From positions 1 to 64,000 of IMG/VR virus record IMGVR_UViG_3300012971_000018: DNA of 64,000 bases; one strand, 5' to 3'. Positions 9,855-20,042 of the stretch are shown piece after piece. The position numbers were made by a program, and so were the translations under genes. The stretch is from a virus. Within the stretch, counting starts at the first letter, position 1. The number at the start of each line of letters is the position of its first letter. The notes under the pieces were generated by a model, which had not been told where the DNA came from, did no database searches, and worked only from the letters and a program-made list of their open reading frames with translations.

Positions 9855-10537
9855 TGCCCGACTTCCCCAATGTTCCGAATGTGCCTGGGGTTCCCGCGGT
9901 AAACCGCTCCAGCGCTAATGTGCCCGGGGCGGTGTTATCGTTGTTGGTAAGTGACCTAATAGGCTCCGCACTAAACAATCTGTTTGGTCCACAGTGGGGC
10001 GTGTTCGACAAGAACGGTAACGCAGTTATCGTTGCCGACAGCGTTATCTCGGTCGATTACCGACGGGACTGGGCGATCTCTACGTTCCCGATCGAAAGCG
10101 GTGGCTTTAAGGCGTACGACAAGGTCCAGCAGCCATTCGACGTCCGTCTAAGGTTTTCGGCCGCAGGCGCCAGCACCAACACGGTCCTGGGTGCGGTCGC
10201 GGCATTCGCTGCGAACGTCTCGCTGTTTGGGGGTGCACAGAAAGTAGGACGCCAAGCGTTGTTGGACTCGGTCGAGTCGGTTGCCAACTCGTTCGACCTG
10301 TTCGATGCGGTTACTCCAGACAAGATTTACACGGACATCTCGCTAGAGCACATCGACTACAAGCGAAGTGCCCAAAACGGACTGGACCTTATCGTGGCGG
10401 ACGTGTGGGCCAAGGAAGTCCGGATAATAAGCACCCAATCGTTTACGCAGTCTCCCGCTTCTGCCGATCCTTCGAGCACGGGCACCGTACAGCCGCAGAC
10501 GCCTACGGCGGCCGAGTCAAATGGTACGGGGTTGTAG
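9854..10537 (+). CDS. Baseplate / tail tube initiator protein
   Basis: FPIESGGF.AYDKVQ.PF, VTPDKIY; follows tape measure. Confidence 0.65.
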   Translation: MPDFPNVPNVPGVPAVNRSSANVPGAVLSLLVSDLIGSALNNLFGPQWGVFDKNGNAVIVADSVISVDYRRDWAISTFPIESGGFKAYDKVQQPFDVRLRFSAAGASTNTVLGAVAAFAANVSLFGGAQKVGRQALLDSVESVANSFDLFDAVTPDKIYTDISLEHIDYKRSAQNGLDLIVADVWAKEVRIISTQSFTQSPASADPSSTGTVQPQTPTAAESNGTGL

Positions 10538-10855
10538 ATGCTGGTTATCCCTACCGCCGCGGTGCCCTCGCAGGTGTTGGCGGTAACGCTGGCCAACCAG
10601 GCTTGCCGGATTAACGTGTACCAGAAGACGACTGGTCTCTATCTGGATTTGTACATAAGCGATACGCTCATTCTTGGCGGTGTGCTGTGCGAGAACCTAA
10701 ACCGGATCGTACGCGACGCCTACTTCGGGTTTATCGGCGATCTCGCCTTTAACGACACCCAAGGCACCGACGATCCGGTGTACACCGGGCTCGGAACGCG
10801 GTGGGTGTTGCTTTATCTGGAGGCTGCGGACCTGGTTAGTTGGGAAGGGCAATGA
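10538..10855 (+). CDS. Small baseplate protein
   Basis: YFGFIGDL.F.DTQG..DP.YTGLG.RW.L.Y. Confidence 0.65.
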   Translation: MLVIPTAAVPSQVLAVTLANQACRINVYQKTTGLYLDLYISDTLILGGVLCENLNRIVRDAYFGFIGDLAFNDTQGTDDPVYTGLGTRWVLLYLEAADLVSWEGQ

Positions 10856-11784
10856 GCGATATAGTCCAACGATTAATTAATGTTCAATTCCACATGGACC
10901 AGCAGTTGCTTTCCGGAGGAGCTGCCCAGCCCCGTTCGTTCTCCAAGGGGGGCGATACCCTAACGGTTAGCGGGTTGCGGACTTCGGCGGAGATTACCAA
11001 GGCAGGTACACCGGCCGGTGCTCGACTAACCATGCGTATCTATGGCCTAACGCTCGACGTTATGAACGATCTTGCGACGCTCGGGATGGTCTACAACCAG
11101 ATGCGTCGGAACACCGTAACCGTTCTGGCCGGGGATGCTGTAGCCGGGGTGCACATGGTGTTCTATGGATCGATCCAGCAAGCCTGGACCGATTTCTCCA
11201 GCATGCCAGATGTTTCGTTTAACGTCGAAGCCCAGACGCTGGGAACCGAAGCGGTTATTCTGGCCGACTCGACTAGCATTTCGGGGGCGGTGGATGTTGC
11301 GGCACAGATGGAGAAGTTCGCAAAGGCGCTAAATCTGGATTTCGAGAACAATGGGATAACGACCAAGACGCCTCCCGTAAATCTTTGGGGGTCTATCGTG
11401 TCCCAGGCTGCGCAGTTGGCCAAGACTGCGGATATTAACTGGTTCGTGGACAACAGGACCCTTGCCATCTGGCCGAAAGGAAACGCCGGTTCTCGGGGTG
11501 GCACAGTCCCGATAATTTCCAAGGACAGCGGTTTGGTCGGCTACCCCGGATTTACGGCTTATGGCATTTCCCTAAAGATGCTGTTCAATCCGGACATCAA
11601 GTTTGGCGGCCGGATAAAAGTGGAGAGCGACTTGTCGCAATTGCTGTCCACCATAAACTCCAAGGGGTTCTGGCAGGTCTACTTTATCGACCACCACATT
11701 GAATCAAATCTGCCCCACGGGCAGTGGTTTACCACGATTACCTGCTTTAATCCGGATTTCCCGAGCCAGTTGGGGGTACGATGA
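10852..11784 (+). CDS. Baseplate hub protein
   Basis: IYGL, V.AGD, GLVGYP, LFNP.I..GG, GQWFT; position before spike. Confidence 0.7.
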   Translation: MSDIVQRLINVQFHMDQQLLSGGAAQPRSFSKGGDTLTVSGLRTSAEITKAGTPAGARLTMRIYGLTLDVMNDLATLGMVYNQMRRNTVTVLAGDAVAGVHMVFYGSIQQAWTDFSSMPDVSFNVEAQTLGTEAVILADSTSISGAVDVAAQMEKFAKALNLDFENNGITTKTPPVNLWGSIVSQAAQLAKTADINWFVDNRTLAIWPKGNAGSRGGTVPIISKDSGLVGYPGFTAYGISLKMLFNPDIKFGGRIKVESDLSQLLSTINSKGFWQVYFIDHHIESNLPHGQWFTTITCFNPDFPSQLGVR

Positions 11785-12662
11785 GTCCGAACGTCGGCAA
11801 TGGTCCGATGGTTCCGACGGACACCACGTCCGAATTTAATGCCATGTCTTTCATTATCGACCAGGCCCTGGCGCGGGTCCGGACGATGGTATTGGTTAAA
11901 GTAGTGGCTGTCTCTAACAATGGTGGGCTCGCTCCCGTTGGTACTGTGGACGTCCAGCCGATGGTTAACATGCTGGACGGCTCTGGCAACTCGCAGGTCC
12001 ATGGACTACTAACCGGATTGCCGTACACCCGCATCCAAGGCGGCAAGAACGCGATAATCCTCGACCCGGAGGTTGGGGACATCGGGTGGGCGGCAGTTTC
12101 CGACCACGACATTTCTGCCGTAAAATCCCAAAAGAAGATTTCCAACCCCGGCAGTATGCGTGTGTTCGACATGATGGATGCTGTCTACATTGGGGGAATT
12201 CTAAACGGTACCCCCAACCAATACGTCCAGGTTAACGACACCGGGATTACATTAGCCGACAACTTCGGTAACAAGGTCCAGATGGAGAACGGTGGGATGG
12301 TCTTTACCGGGCCGTGCTTCTTTCTCAATACCGTGGAGTTTGCTGGTAGCGTGCAGGCCGATGCCAGCGTTACAGTGAATGGTGCTGCGCACGTTCTGGG
12401 AAGCTTGCAGGTGGACACCAATGCGACTGTTAATGGGACCATGACCATTCTTGGTCTTCTATCCGGTGCTGTGGCGTCGTTTAGCGGAGCATTAAGTGCG
12501 CTAAGCGCGGCGATTACCAACGCGATTACGGGCGACTCGGTCCAGGCGGTTACGACCGTAAAGTCGAATGCCGGCGCGCACTCCCTCGGCACCCACGTCC
12601 ACGGCTACTCCGCTCCGACGGGTGGCTCGACGCCCGCCAATACTGCTGGCCCAACCGGGTAG
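11781..12662 (+). CDS. Baseplate central spike
   Basis: VDVQP.V, PY..QGG, P.VGDIG, D.DIS; beta-repeat body; terminal HxH (THVH). Confidence 0.8.
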   Translation: MSPNVGNGPMVPTDTTSEFNAMSFIIDQALARVRTMVLVKVVAVSNNGGLAPVGTVDVQPMVNMLDGSGNSQVHGLLTGLPYTRIQGGKNAIILDPEVGDIGWAAVSDHDISAVKSQKKISNPGSMRVFDMMDAVYIGGILNGTPNQYVQVNDTGITLADNFGNKVQMENGGMVFTGPCFFLNTVEFAGSVQADASVTVNGAAHVLGSLQVDTNATVNGTMTILGLLSGAVASFSGALSALSAAITNAITGDSVQAVTTVKSNAGAHSLGTHVHGYSAPTGGSTPANTAGPTG

Positions 12663-12667
12663 GTGGA

Positions 12668-13018
12668 ATGCAGACACTGCTTCTCGATCTTACCAATTGG
12701 GACTTGGTCGTGGACGCCAACGACAACATTGCCGTGGCGTCCAATCCGTATTCGCTTGCGCAGGATGCAGCTTCCGCGATCCGGTTGTTCGCAGGGGAGC
12801 TATGGTACGATACGTCCAAGGGCATTCCGTATTTTACAGATATCCTTGGCAAGCTTCCTCCGCTCTCGCTGCTTAAACAGCGGCTTATTACGGCCGCACT
12901 TACTGTTCCAGAAGTTACCGCTGCAAGAGTGTTTATAACTTCAATTGAAGGTAGAACGCTTCATGGACAGGTCCAGACCACCGATGTTACTGGCACTACC
13001 TCGGCAGCGAGCTTCTAA
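12668..13018 (+). CDS. Baseplate wedge subunit (gp25/W-like)
   Basis: WDL..D..NIA, F.GE.WYD...GIPY. Confidence 0.7.
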   Translation: MQTLLLDLTNWDLVVDANDNIAVASNPYSLAQDAASAIRLFAGELWYDTSKGIPYFTDILGKLPPLSLLKQRLITAALTVPEVTAARVFITSIEGRTLHGQVQTTDVTGTTSAASF

Positions 13019-14446
13019 ATGACTACCAACGTCCCCCAGCCGACGTTTGGTCCGAATGGATTTGTCCCGCCGCCAGAAAGCCAGATACTGGCTGGCGTGC
13101 AGGCGGACATTAATGCTGCGTTTGGTGGCAATCTAAATCCAGCCCTGGAAACGCCGCAGGGCCAACTGGCTTCCAGCGAAGCGTCCATTATTGGCAATGT
13201 CTACGACCTGTTCGTAAATCTAACCAACCAGATGGACCCGGCCTTTGCTGCGGGGCGGATGCAGGACGCTCTTGGACGCATCTATTTTATCGAGCGCATC
13301 CCTTCGGCGTCCACTGTTCTTACCGTGGTGTGCTCAGGACTGGAGAAGGTAATAATCCCGGTTGGAGCGCAGATTATCGATACCGGGCAGAACATCTACC
13401 AGTGCACCGGTTCCGGTTCCATAACCAACGGTACGGTAACTCTGGAGTTCGCGGCCCTCGTCCCCGGACCTACCGCGGTGCCAAGCACCAACGGCGTCTC
13501 GATCTACAACGCGCTTCCGGGATGGGATGGGGTGGTGTGCCTCGGAGGCGTGGTCGGTAACGATACCGAAAGCCGCTCGCAGTTTGAAGCACGGCGGGAA
13601 GCGACGGTCGCCGCCAATGCCGCGGGTACGATACCCGCCATACAAGGGTCTGTAATAAATGTCCCAGGGGTGCTGGATGCCTACGTAACGGACAACTCGT
13701 CCGGGACCGGACCGGTTGTTGTTAACGGAACCACGCTGGTTAAGAACTCGCTCTATGTTGCGGCGGTGGGTGGTTTGGACAGCGATGTTGCGACGGCGAT
13801 CTGGCGGAAGAAGCAGCCGGGGTGCGACTATAACGGCAACACGACAGTCGTGGTCCAGGACACCCAGGGATACTCACCCCCATTCCCGTCGTACAACGTT
13901 AAGTTCATGCGTCCCGCGCCGCTGCCGATCCTGTTCTCGGTTTCCCTTGTAAACAGTCCCCAGGTTCCGTCCGACGCGGTTACCCAGATTCAAAATGCCC
14001 TGCTCTCGGCCTTTGCCGGCGGGGATGGAGGTCCTCGGGCACGCATCGGTTCGACGCTCTACGCCACGCGATACGTCGCGCCTGTCCAGGCACTGGGAGC
14101 CTGGGCACAGATTACGATCCTTACGATAGGCTCCAGGCACACTCCCTCCGCAGTGGTTACCGGCTCGTGCGGCGGTACGGCGCTAAATATTACGGGTGTT
14201 ACCAGCGGATCGTTAAGCGTTGGAGTGACGCTCGAAAGCTCCGGCACCGGTGGCTTTGTTCCCGGTACCAAGATTACACAGTTCGTATCCGGGGTTGGGG
14301 GCACTGGGACCTACACGATTAATATCCCACAGACGATCGGGACAGGAACGATATTCGCGGTCTCGCCAGGATTTATATCGGTCGGTGTACAGATAAATGA
14401 ATCCCCAACGTTGGCAGCACCAGACATAGCTGTGGTGCTGGTATGA
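13019..14446 (+). CDS. Baseplate J-like wedge protein with inserted beta module
   Basis: TPQGQLA, GRMQDALGRIYF, ES...FE.RR, V.GV.DAYV. Confidence 0.85.
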   Translation: MTTNVPQPTFGPNGFVPPPESQILAGVQADINAAFGGNLNPALETPQGQLASSEASIIGNVYDLFVNLTNQMDPAFAAGRMQDALGRIYFIERIPSASTVLTVVCSGLEKVIIPVGAQIIDTGQNIYQCTGSGSITNGTVTLEFAALVPGPTAVPSTNGVSIYNALPGWDGVVCLGGVVGNDTESRSQFEARREATVAANAAGTIPAIQGSVINVPGVLDAYVTDNSSGTGPVVVNGTTLVKNSLYVAAVGGLDSDVATAIWRKKQPGCDYNGNTTVVVQDTQGYSPPFPSYNVKFMRPAPLPILFSVSLVNSPQVPSDAVTQIQNALLSAFAGGDGGPRARIGSTLYATRYVAPVQALGAWAQITILTIGSRHTPSAVVTGSCGGTALNITGVTSGSLSVGVTLESSGTGGFVPGTKITQFVSGVGGTGTYTINIPQTIGTGTIFAVSPGFISVGVQINESPTLAAPDIAVVLV

Positions 14447-15108
14447 GCGGTCCTACCTATCCAAAGATACTGGTCCCCAATGCTATCGGTACGTTTGTCA
14501 TTGGTGGCAGCCCGATCGGGACGATCCCGTCGTTCGATGTGTTTGTTACGATAATCTCGCAGTACGCCAACAGCCCGCGGCTGGTCCAACTGCTACAGGA
14601 CTTCGCTTCGTATCTCGATCCCGGGGTACTAATCGACAGCTTCTACGACAATATGTGGAACATCATTACCGCCCAGGGCTACGGGCTGGATGTGTGGGGG
14701 CGTATTGTAGGAGTGTCGCGCGTCGTCCCCGTTCCGAACCTCAATACATTTATTGGATTTGACGAACAGACCACCGTGACCTCCGACACCTTCGGTCCTG
14801 GCGGACAGTCCCCGTTCTTCCAGGGCAATCCGCTTACCAACAATGTGTCGCTGACGGATTTTGCCTTTCGAACATTAATCCTGGCCAAGGCGCTGGCCAA
14901 CATTACCGATGGTTCCATCGCAAGCCTTAACCAGCTATTGCTGTCGCTGTTCCCGGGACGTGGCAATGCCTACGTTACCGACGGCAACAATATGACGATG
15001 ACTTATACGTTTCTGTTCGCTCTTACGCCAGCCGAGCTTTCGATCGTGCTAAACTCCGGAGTTCTTCCTCGGCCGCCGGGGGTTGCTGTGACCATAATCC
15101 ATCCGTAG
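14443..15108 (+). CDS. Baseplate wedge protein (DUF2612 type)
   Basis: SQYANSP, AQGYGLD.WGRIVG, KA.ANI, LPRPPGV. Confidence 0.85.
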   Translation: MSGPTYPKILVPNAIGTFVIGGSPIGTIPSFDVFVTIISQYANSPRLVQLLQDFASYLDPGVLIDSFYDNMWNIITAQGYGLDVWGRIVGVSRVVPVPNLNTFIGFDEQTTVTSDTFGPGGQSPFFQGNPLTNNVSLTDFAFRTLILAKALANITDGSIASLNQLLLSLFPGRGNAYVTDGNNMTMTYTFLFALTPAELSIVLNSGVLPRPPGVAVTIIHP

Positions 15109-15120
15109 GAAATCCGAGAA

Positions 15121-16215
15121 ATGCTGGTCTCCTCGATCCCCATTAAGATGCCTACATACTGGTCGGCAGGTGCTGTCGCGCCATATGTAGCCACTGTTCC
15201 TATCCCATCCCAAATCGGGGTTACCCCGGGGCGCGCCTCGTTCAACGATGGCTTCCCGCCGCTTAACTTTACCGCGGTTTCCGGCGGTGGCATCCCCCTG
15301 TTTGGGGAGGATATGAATGGTGTCCTCCAGGCCATTACCCAATGGCTGCGCTGGGCACAAGCCGGGGCACCGATAACATATGATTCGTCGTTCCAGACTT
15401 CGGTCGGCGGCTATCCCAATGGCGCGCTTATCTGGTCGGCGACGACCGCGGGGTTAATGTGGCGGTCCACGGCCGATAACAATACGACCAACCCGGATAG
15501 CGGCGGGGCAAACTGGGTACCCTTCGCGATCAGCCAGAACCCGACCTACACCCAACTGCTATCGGGGTCCGGTACCTATAATCCGCAGGCCAACGCTCCA
15601 GCGGGCTTCGTGTGTCGGCGCATACACGCGCTGATGGTTGGGGGTGGCGGTAGTGGTGGCGCTCTGCAAGCTAGCGGTACGGCAGTTAACGGTAATAATG
15701 GGACGGTGACCTCGCTGGGTGGCTGGACGGTTAATCCCGGCAGTGCTGGCGGGGGTGGCGGTTTCGTAACGGCAAGCGGTGCCCCCCACGCCTCCAACGG
15801 AGGTGCTGGCGGCACAGGGGGTTCTAATGGCACGGGGCGATTGGTACGGCGGCTTAACGGTGGGGCAGGTGCAACGGGTGCGGAGTTCCTGCACAATACC
15901 GGTACGCTTGGTGCTGCCCTTACCTACATAGGCGGTGGCGTTGGGGGTACGAACCCCTTTGGCGGGGAGAATACACCATCGCCTAATAGCGGTGCAGGGT
16001 CCCCTGGTGTAGGCGCTATAGGGGTAACGAATGGTCTCCAAGGCCAGCTCCCAGGTGGTGGGGGTGGTGGCGAGTTCGTGGAGTTCGAGATCGACGTTAC
16101 CCCATCCCAGACACTTTCCTACGCAGTTGGTAGCGGTGGTTCCGGTGTAACGACCGGCTCCAGCACGAGTGCTAATGGCGCTACGGGTGCCCTCTTCATT
16201 CAGGAGATTTACTAG
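15121..16215 (+). CDS. Tail fibre protein, Gly-rich C-terminus
   Basis: AS..DGFPP, G.DMNG.L, GGYP.GA baseplate-anchoring motifs; Gly-rich domain. Confidence 0.8.
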   Translation: MLVSSIPIKMPTYWSAGAVAPYVATVPIPSQIGVTPGRASFNDGFPPLNFTAVSGGGIPLFGEDMNGVLQAITQWLRWAQAGAPITYDSSFQTSVGGYPNGALIWSATTAGLMWRSTADNNTTNPDSGGANWVPFAISQNPTYTQLLSGSGTYNPQANAPAGFVCRRIHALMVGGGGSGGALQASGTAVNGNNGTVTSLGGWTVNPGSAGGGGGFVTASGAPHASNGGAGGTGGSNGTGRLVRRLNGGAGATGAEFLHNTGTLGAALTYIGGGVGGTNPFGGENTPSPNSGAGSPGVGAIGVTNGLQGQLPGGGGGGEFVEFEIDVTPSQTLSYAVGSGGSGVTTGSSTSANGATGALFIQEIY

Positions 16216-18363
16216 ATGCGAGCCGTGTTAGCGTTCTTAGCAAGTCTAATCGCTGCGACGACAGCTTGGGGCCAATCTAGTCCCGGATGGCCGACGGGCA
16301 AGGTCCCGACGGCGGCCGAATGGGCGGCTGCATTTTCGGGCAAGATGGACTACCACGGCTTCCCGGCGCTTACGTCGTCGAGCCTGCTGGGCGCCACCCC
16401 GATCGTAGTATCGTCCGGTGGCGGTGTCGTTAACATTACGTGTCCAACCTGTACCACGACGGGGGGTAGTGGTGCAGTAAATATAACAGCGTACGGTGCG
16501 ACCTGCTCGACAGGTGCCGGTCCAGACAATGCTGTCGCTATCCAGAACGCGATCAATGCCACCCCGACAGGCGGTACTCTTTACATTCCTGCGTGTCCTA
16601 ACAGTACCCCCGTTTACAACGTCATAGGCTCCGGCTCGTGCATCTTTACCCGTACGCTGCCAATCAATATCGTCGGGGACGGTCGTACCGGGTCGATTAT
16701 TTCCATCGGCGCTACGGTCCCGAATACGCGCGACGTGTTCTGTATGAACCCACTATCGACCACATTCGGTTGGGGGTTCAGCGATTTTAGCGTAACACAG
16801 GCTGGTGGAGTAGGCTCCGCCGCCCGCCACGTTATCTATTTTAATGTTCCGCTAGGAAGCTTTGCTTTCAATAGCTCCATCCGGAGGATGACAATTGCCG
16901 GTACTGCTGGCGGCAATTCCATCCGTGTCGTCAACGATCCGTCTACGACTTCTGGTGGGATAGCCTATTCGCGAATTGCCGAGAGCAACCTTGAAAGCAT
17001 CTACTTTGATACAGTGGGGGATGGTCTTAACGTCGAGGATAACGTCATCGGCGCGGCTGGTGCGAACATAGGCGTGCGGGTCTCCTTCGTGGCTGGTGCG
17101 GGGGGCTTCTTCCTCCACAACAACGTAATAACTGCTTTGTCCTGCATCGTCTGCATCGTTAACGGTAACGGTGTCGTTCTCTCGCAGAACTATCTTGAGA
17201 CCCCAGCGGGACAGACCAATACCTACGGCTTCGTAATGGATATCAATACCGGCGGCGGTACGATGCTGTCGCCGCAGTTGGTAGGCAACCAGATATCGGT
17301 AATTACCGGTACCGGCAATCCGATCCCGGTACGCATCCGCACCGGTGTAGACAATGCCCGCCTAGCCGATAAGCACTATGTAAACGCGACGGGTACCCAT
17401 GTTCAGGTTGACAGCGGCGCGGCGAACACCAGGTTTGATCGTAACACCGAGTGTTTAACCAATAACATCGTCGTGGCCTGTTCGGTCTCCGATAGTGGAA
17501 CGACCAGCGGCTGGGTTAATTGGATTGCGAACGGTACGGTGTCGGCACCGAGCATTGGCTTCTTGTCGGCTACCAATACGGGCATCTTCCTCGACAGTGC
17601 CAAGCTTGCCATCGCTGTTACCGGCACCGAGATCGGCACCTTTAGCTCCGCCGGTCTCCAGCTAATAACTGGCGGGGTGGTTGGCGGGACGGGGGCAGGG
17701 TCTTCGCTAGCGCTCCAGGCGACCTCCGGTGTCGGTGTCGGCGCGGAGTTCGTCGATATCCTGGGGGGCAACAACGGTGGCCAGCGGTTGGGCCGCTTTA
17801 CCAATACTATTAACGGCCAAGCTTCTGGGCTTAGCATCGGTACCACCGCCACTGCCGTAAACGGCATCCAGTTGGCGGCAACTGCGGTTAACAGCCTAAA
17901 GGGTAACATCGCCATCGACCGCACGGTTACCGCCGCCACGGCCGGGACAGACCTTTCGCTTACGGCAGGCGCAGCCGTGTCCGGCGGGACGGACATTGCG
18001 GGTGGAAATGTCATTATATCCAGCGGTATCGGTACCGGTGCTTCCGGTTCTAACATTCAATTCAATATTTCCCCAGCCGCCACGTCTGGTACAAGCGACA
18101 ATGCTGTTGTCCAGGCTTTAATCCTCAACAACAACGGCGGCCGGTTTATAAGTACTGTTGCCCCGCCATCCGGGGGCAGTACAGGCGTTGGCATCAAGAT
18201 ATCCTCAACCAGCAACCTCGGCATCTTCTTCGGCTCTGGCGCACCGACGCTAAGCGCGGCCCAAGGCTCGATCTATATACGTACGGAAGGCACGCAAAAT
18301 AACAGATTGTATATCAATACCAATGGCTCGACCGGGTGGACAGCGTTCAACACGACATCGTAG
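16216..18363 (+). CDS. Beta-helix (pectin lyase-like) tailspike/depolymerase-like protein with signal-peptide-like N-terminus
   Basis: VNITAYGA...DNAVAIQNAIN...GGTLYIP entry motif, Asn/Gly/Thr beta repeats, C-terminal GAPT.SAAQGSIY.R...LY.N. Confidence 0.7.
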   Translation: MRAVLAFLASLIAATTAWGQSSPGWPTGKVPTAAEWAAAFSGKMDYHGFPALTSSSLLGATPIVVSSGGGVVNITCPTCTTTGGSGAVNITAYGATCSTGAGPDNAVAIQNAINATPTGGTLYIPACPNSTPVYNVIGSGSCIFTRTLPINIVGDGRTGSIISIGATVPNTRDVFCMNPLSTTFGWGFSDFSVTQAGGVGSAARHVIYFNVPLGSFAFNSSIRRMTIAGTAGGNSIRVVNDPSTTSGGIAYSRIAESNLESIYFDTVGDGLNVEDNVIGAAGANIGVRVSFVAGAGGFFLHNNVITALSCIVCIVNGNGVVLSQNYLETPAGQTNTYGFVMDINTGGGTMLSPQLVGNQISVITGTGNPIPVRIRTGVDNARLADKHYVNATGTHVQVDSGAANTRFDRNTECLTNNIVVACSVSDSGTTSGWVNWIANGTVSAPSIGFLSATNTGIFLDSAKLAIAVTGTEIGTFSSAGLQLITGGVVGGTGAGSSLALQATSGVGVGAEFVDILGGNNGGQRLGRFTNTINGQASGLSIGTTATAVNGIQLAATAVNSLKGNIAIDRTVTAATAGTDLSLTAGAAVSGGTDIAGGNVIISSGIGTGASGSNIQFNISPAATSGTSDNAVVQALILNNNGGRFISTVAPPSGGSTGVGIKISSTSNLGIFFGSGAPTLSAAQGSIYIRTEGTQNNRLYINTNGSTGWTAFNTTS

Positions 18364-18366
18364 GGT

Positions 18367-18600
18367 ATGGCCTGTCTTATGAGAACGTTGGTAACCCTTC
18401 TTGCGCTGGCGGGAACAGCACTGGCACAACCCCAGCCGCAACAGACGCTGTTTGAACAGCAGATAAAGGCCCAGCTCGGAGAGCTTATGTTTACCAACTC
18501 CGTATTAATATCGCAGGTACGCACTCTTACGGAGGAGAACACCCGGCTTAAGATCGAGATTGAAAGATTAAAGTCCGAAGGGAAACAGGAAGGGAAGTAA
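18367..18600 (+). CDS. Small signal-peptide and coiled-coil protein (likely start 18379)
   Basis: MRTLVTLLALAGTALA|Q then heptad-like helix. Confidence 0.55.
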   Translation: MACLMRTLVTLLALAGTALAQPQPQQTLFEQQIKAQLGELMFTNSVLISQVRTLTEENTRLKIEIERLKSEGKQEGK

Positions 18601-18648
18601 GCGCCGGTATGGATCGTTACGTCGCAACGTTCAATTTAGGAGAGACTT

Positions 18649-19197
18649 ATGGCCATGTTCGGATCGAAAGACGAGAAGCGGCAGCCCGACGGCAGGAATG
18701 GCACCCCAAAGATGGGCAAGATGGAAGGCTTGCCGCCTGCCCTGCGACCGCGCGACCTTAGCGTGGAACCCCAGTTCGCAATGCGCCCCCCGGAGCCCCC
18801 GCCGATGTCCGAGAGCTATGCCAAGGCGATGGACGAGTGGAACGACATGAAGGCCCGGCTGGCCGAAGCCATTAAGTACGGCAACGACCTCGCGGCGTCC
18901 TGCACCGTCCTTAAGCGCGAGAACGACCGGCTCCACGCCCAGGTCGAGCGGCTGGAAGAGGCCCGCGACACCTACCGGCGCCGGGTCTGGGAGATGGAGA
19001 GCCGGATGGACGACCTCGCGGCCATCGCCATGCGGATTATCGACACCCGGATGGCGCCGAAGGGTCCGCCGCCCGCGGAGGTCCCGGGCGAGGTCGAAGG
19101 GTCGTTCGAGCGGGTTACCGTCGCTTCCGCGCCGGCCGGTACGGTCTCGCCAACGGCGGTCTCCCCGTCGGCAGAGGACACCGCGCCGGCCCAATAG
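18649..19197 (+). CDS. Coiled-coil hypothetical protein
   Basis: AGGAG RBS, 182 aa, central coiled coil. Confidence 0.65.
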   Translation: MAMFGSKDEKRQPDGRNGTPKMGKMEGLPPALRPRDLSVEPQFAMRPPEPPPMSESYAKAMDEWNDMKARLAEAIKYGNDLAASCTVLKRENDRLHAQVERLEEARDTYRRRVWEMESRMDDLAAIAMRIIDTRMAPKGPPPAEVPGEVEGSFERVTVASAPAGTVSPTAVSPSAEDTAPAQ

Positions 19198-19351
19198 GAG
19201 CCCCGCCGGCACGATTTCCAGGCTCCCCCGCTAGGGTGGCCTGGGTACCCCGCTAAAAGTTCGCCTATGGTCCTCCCTAGGCGGGTATCCAGAGGGTGCC
19301 TACTACGGTCTAATCGGCCGTAGGGGGTTTCCTTCTAGGATACGGAACTTG

Positions 19352-19380
19352 GACCCCGGGCACCCGCCCGGGGTCTTTTT
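19352..19380 (+). terminator. Rho-independent terminator
   Basis: GACCCCGGGC-ACCC-GCCCGGGGTC followed by TTTTT, between convergent genes. Confidence 0.85.
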
Positions 19381-19382
19381 GT

Positions 19383-19829
19383 TTACCCGAGCGCGCCTGC
19401 TTCCCTGTCGAGGTCGGTGTAGTGGCGCTTGCCGTCGGCGTCGATCCAGCTAATCTGGCCGCGCAGGTAGCTCCCAACGTCGGGTAGATGGATGTGCTCG
19501 TCCAAGGCTTCGAGCTTCCATCGCAGGGCTCTCGGCTCGCCGATAATCTTGCCCTCGGGATGCGCGACCCAGCGGATAACCCCGCCGAAGCAGTTTAGCC
19601 AGAACTGCTGCACTCGCTCCTCGCCGCGGTAGAAGTAGAAGCCAACCCGGCTGGACCGGGTATCGACCCCGCTTATCCAGACCTCGTCGACTGCCGCGGG
19701 CACCCGCAGTATCTTGGGGGTATTGACCTCGTAGTACTGCGTAAAGGCGGCGATCTGGGGTGGGCCTGCTGCCGCGCCGGCTGCGATTAACGCGATAAAC
19801 TTAACGAACTCCCGACGGTCCATGGCCAT
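19383..19829 (-). CDS. Hypothetical protein with twin-arginine-like leader
   Basis: GGAGG RBS; DRREFVK followed by hydrophobic stretch. Confidence 0.6.
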   Translation of the reverse strand: MAMDRREFVKFIALIAAGAAAGPPQIAAFTQYYEVNTPKILRVPAAVDEVWISGVDTRSSRVGFYFYRGEERVQQFWLNCFGGVIRWVAHPEGKIIGEPRALRWKLEALDEHIHLPDVGSYLRGQISWIDADGKRHYTDLDREAGALG

Positions 19830-20013
19830 GGCTGGTCCTCCTGGCAATCCGGATAAAATACCGTAACCCGGATGGAGTTACTTGTAGTCCATCTTCCACA
19901 ATTTCGATATAGCCTTTTTGCGCCAGCCAGCGTCGCGACCCCGGCAACAGGTTGCCGATAATCTTTAGCAGCGTCCGGTTGTTGGCCGGTCGGGTGTTGT
20001 ATTCGACGGACAT
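19801..20013 (-). CDS. Small hypothetical protein, possible winged helix
   Basis: WLAQKGYIE...LQVTPSG resembles a wing motif. Confidence 0.4.
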   Translation of the reverse strand: MSVEYNTRPANNRTLLKIIGNLLPGSRRWLAQKGYIEIVEDGLQVTPSGLRYFIRIARRTSHGHGPSGVR

Positions 20014-20042
20014 CCCCTAACCCATACCGAAGGAGTAGAGCA

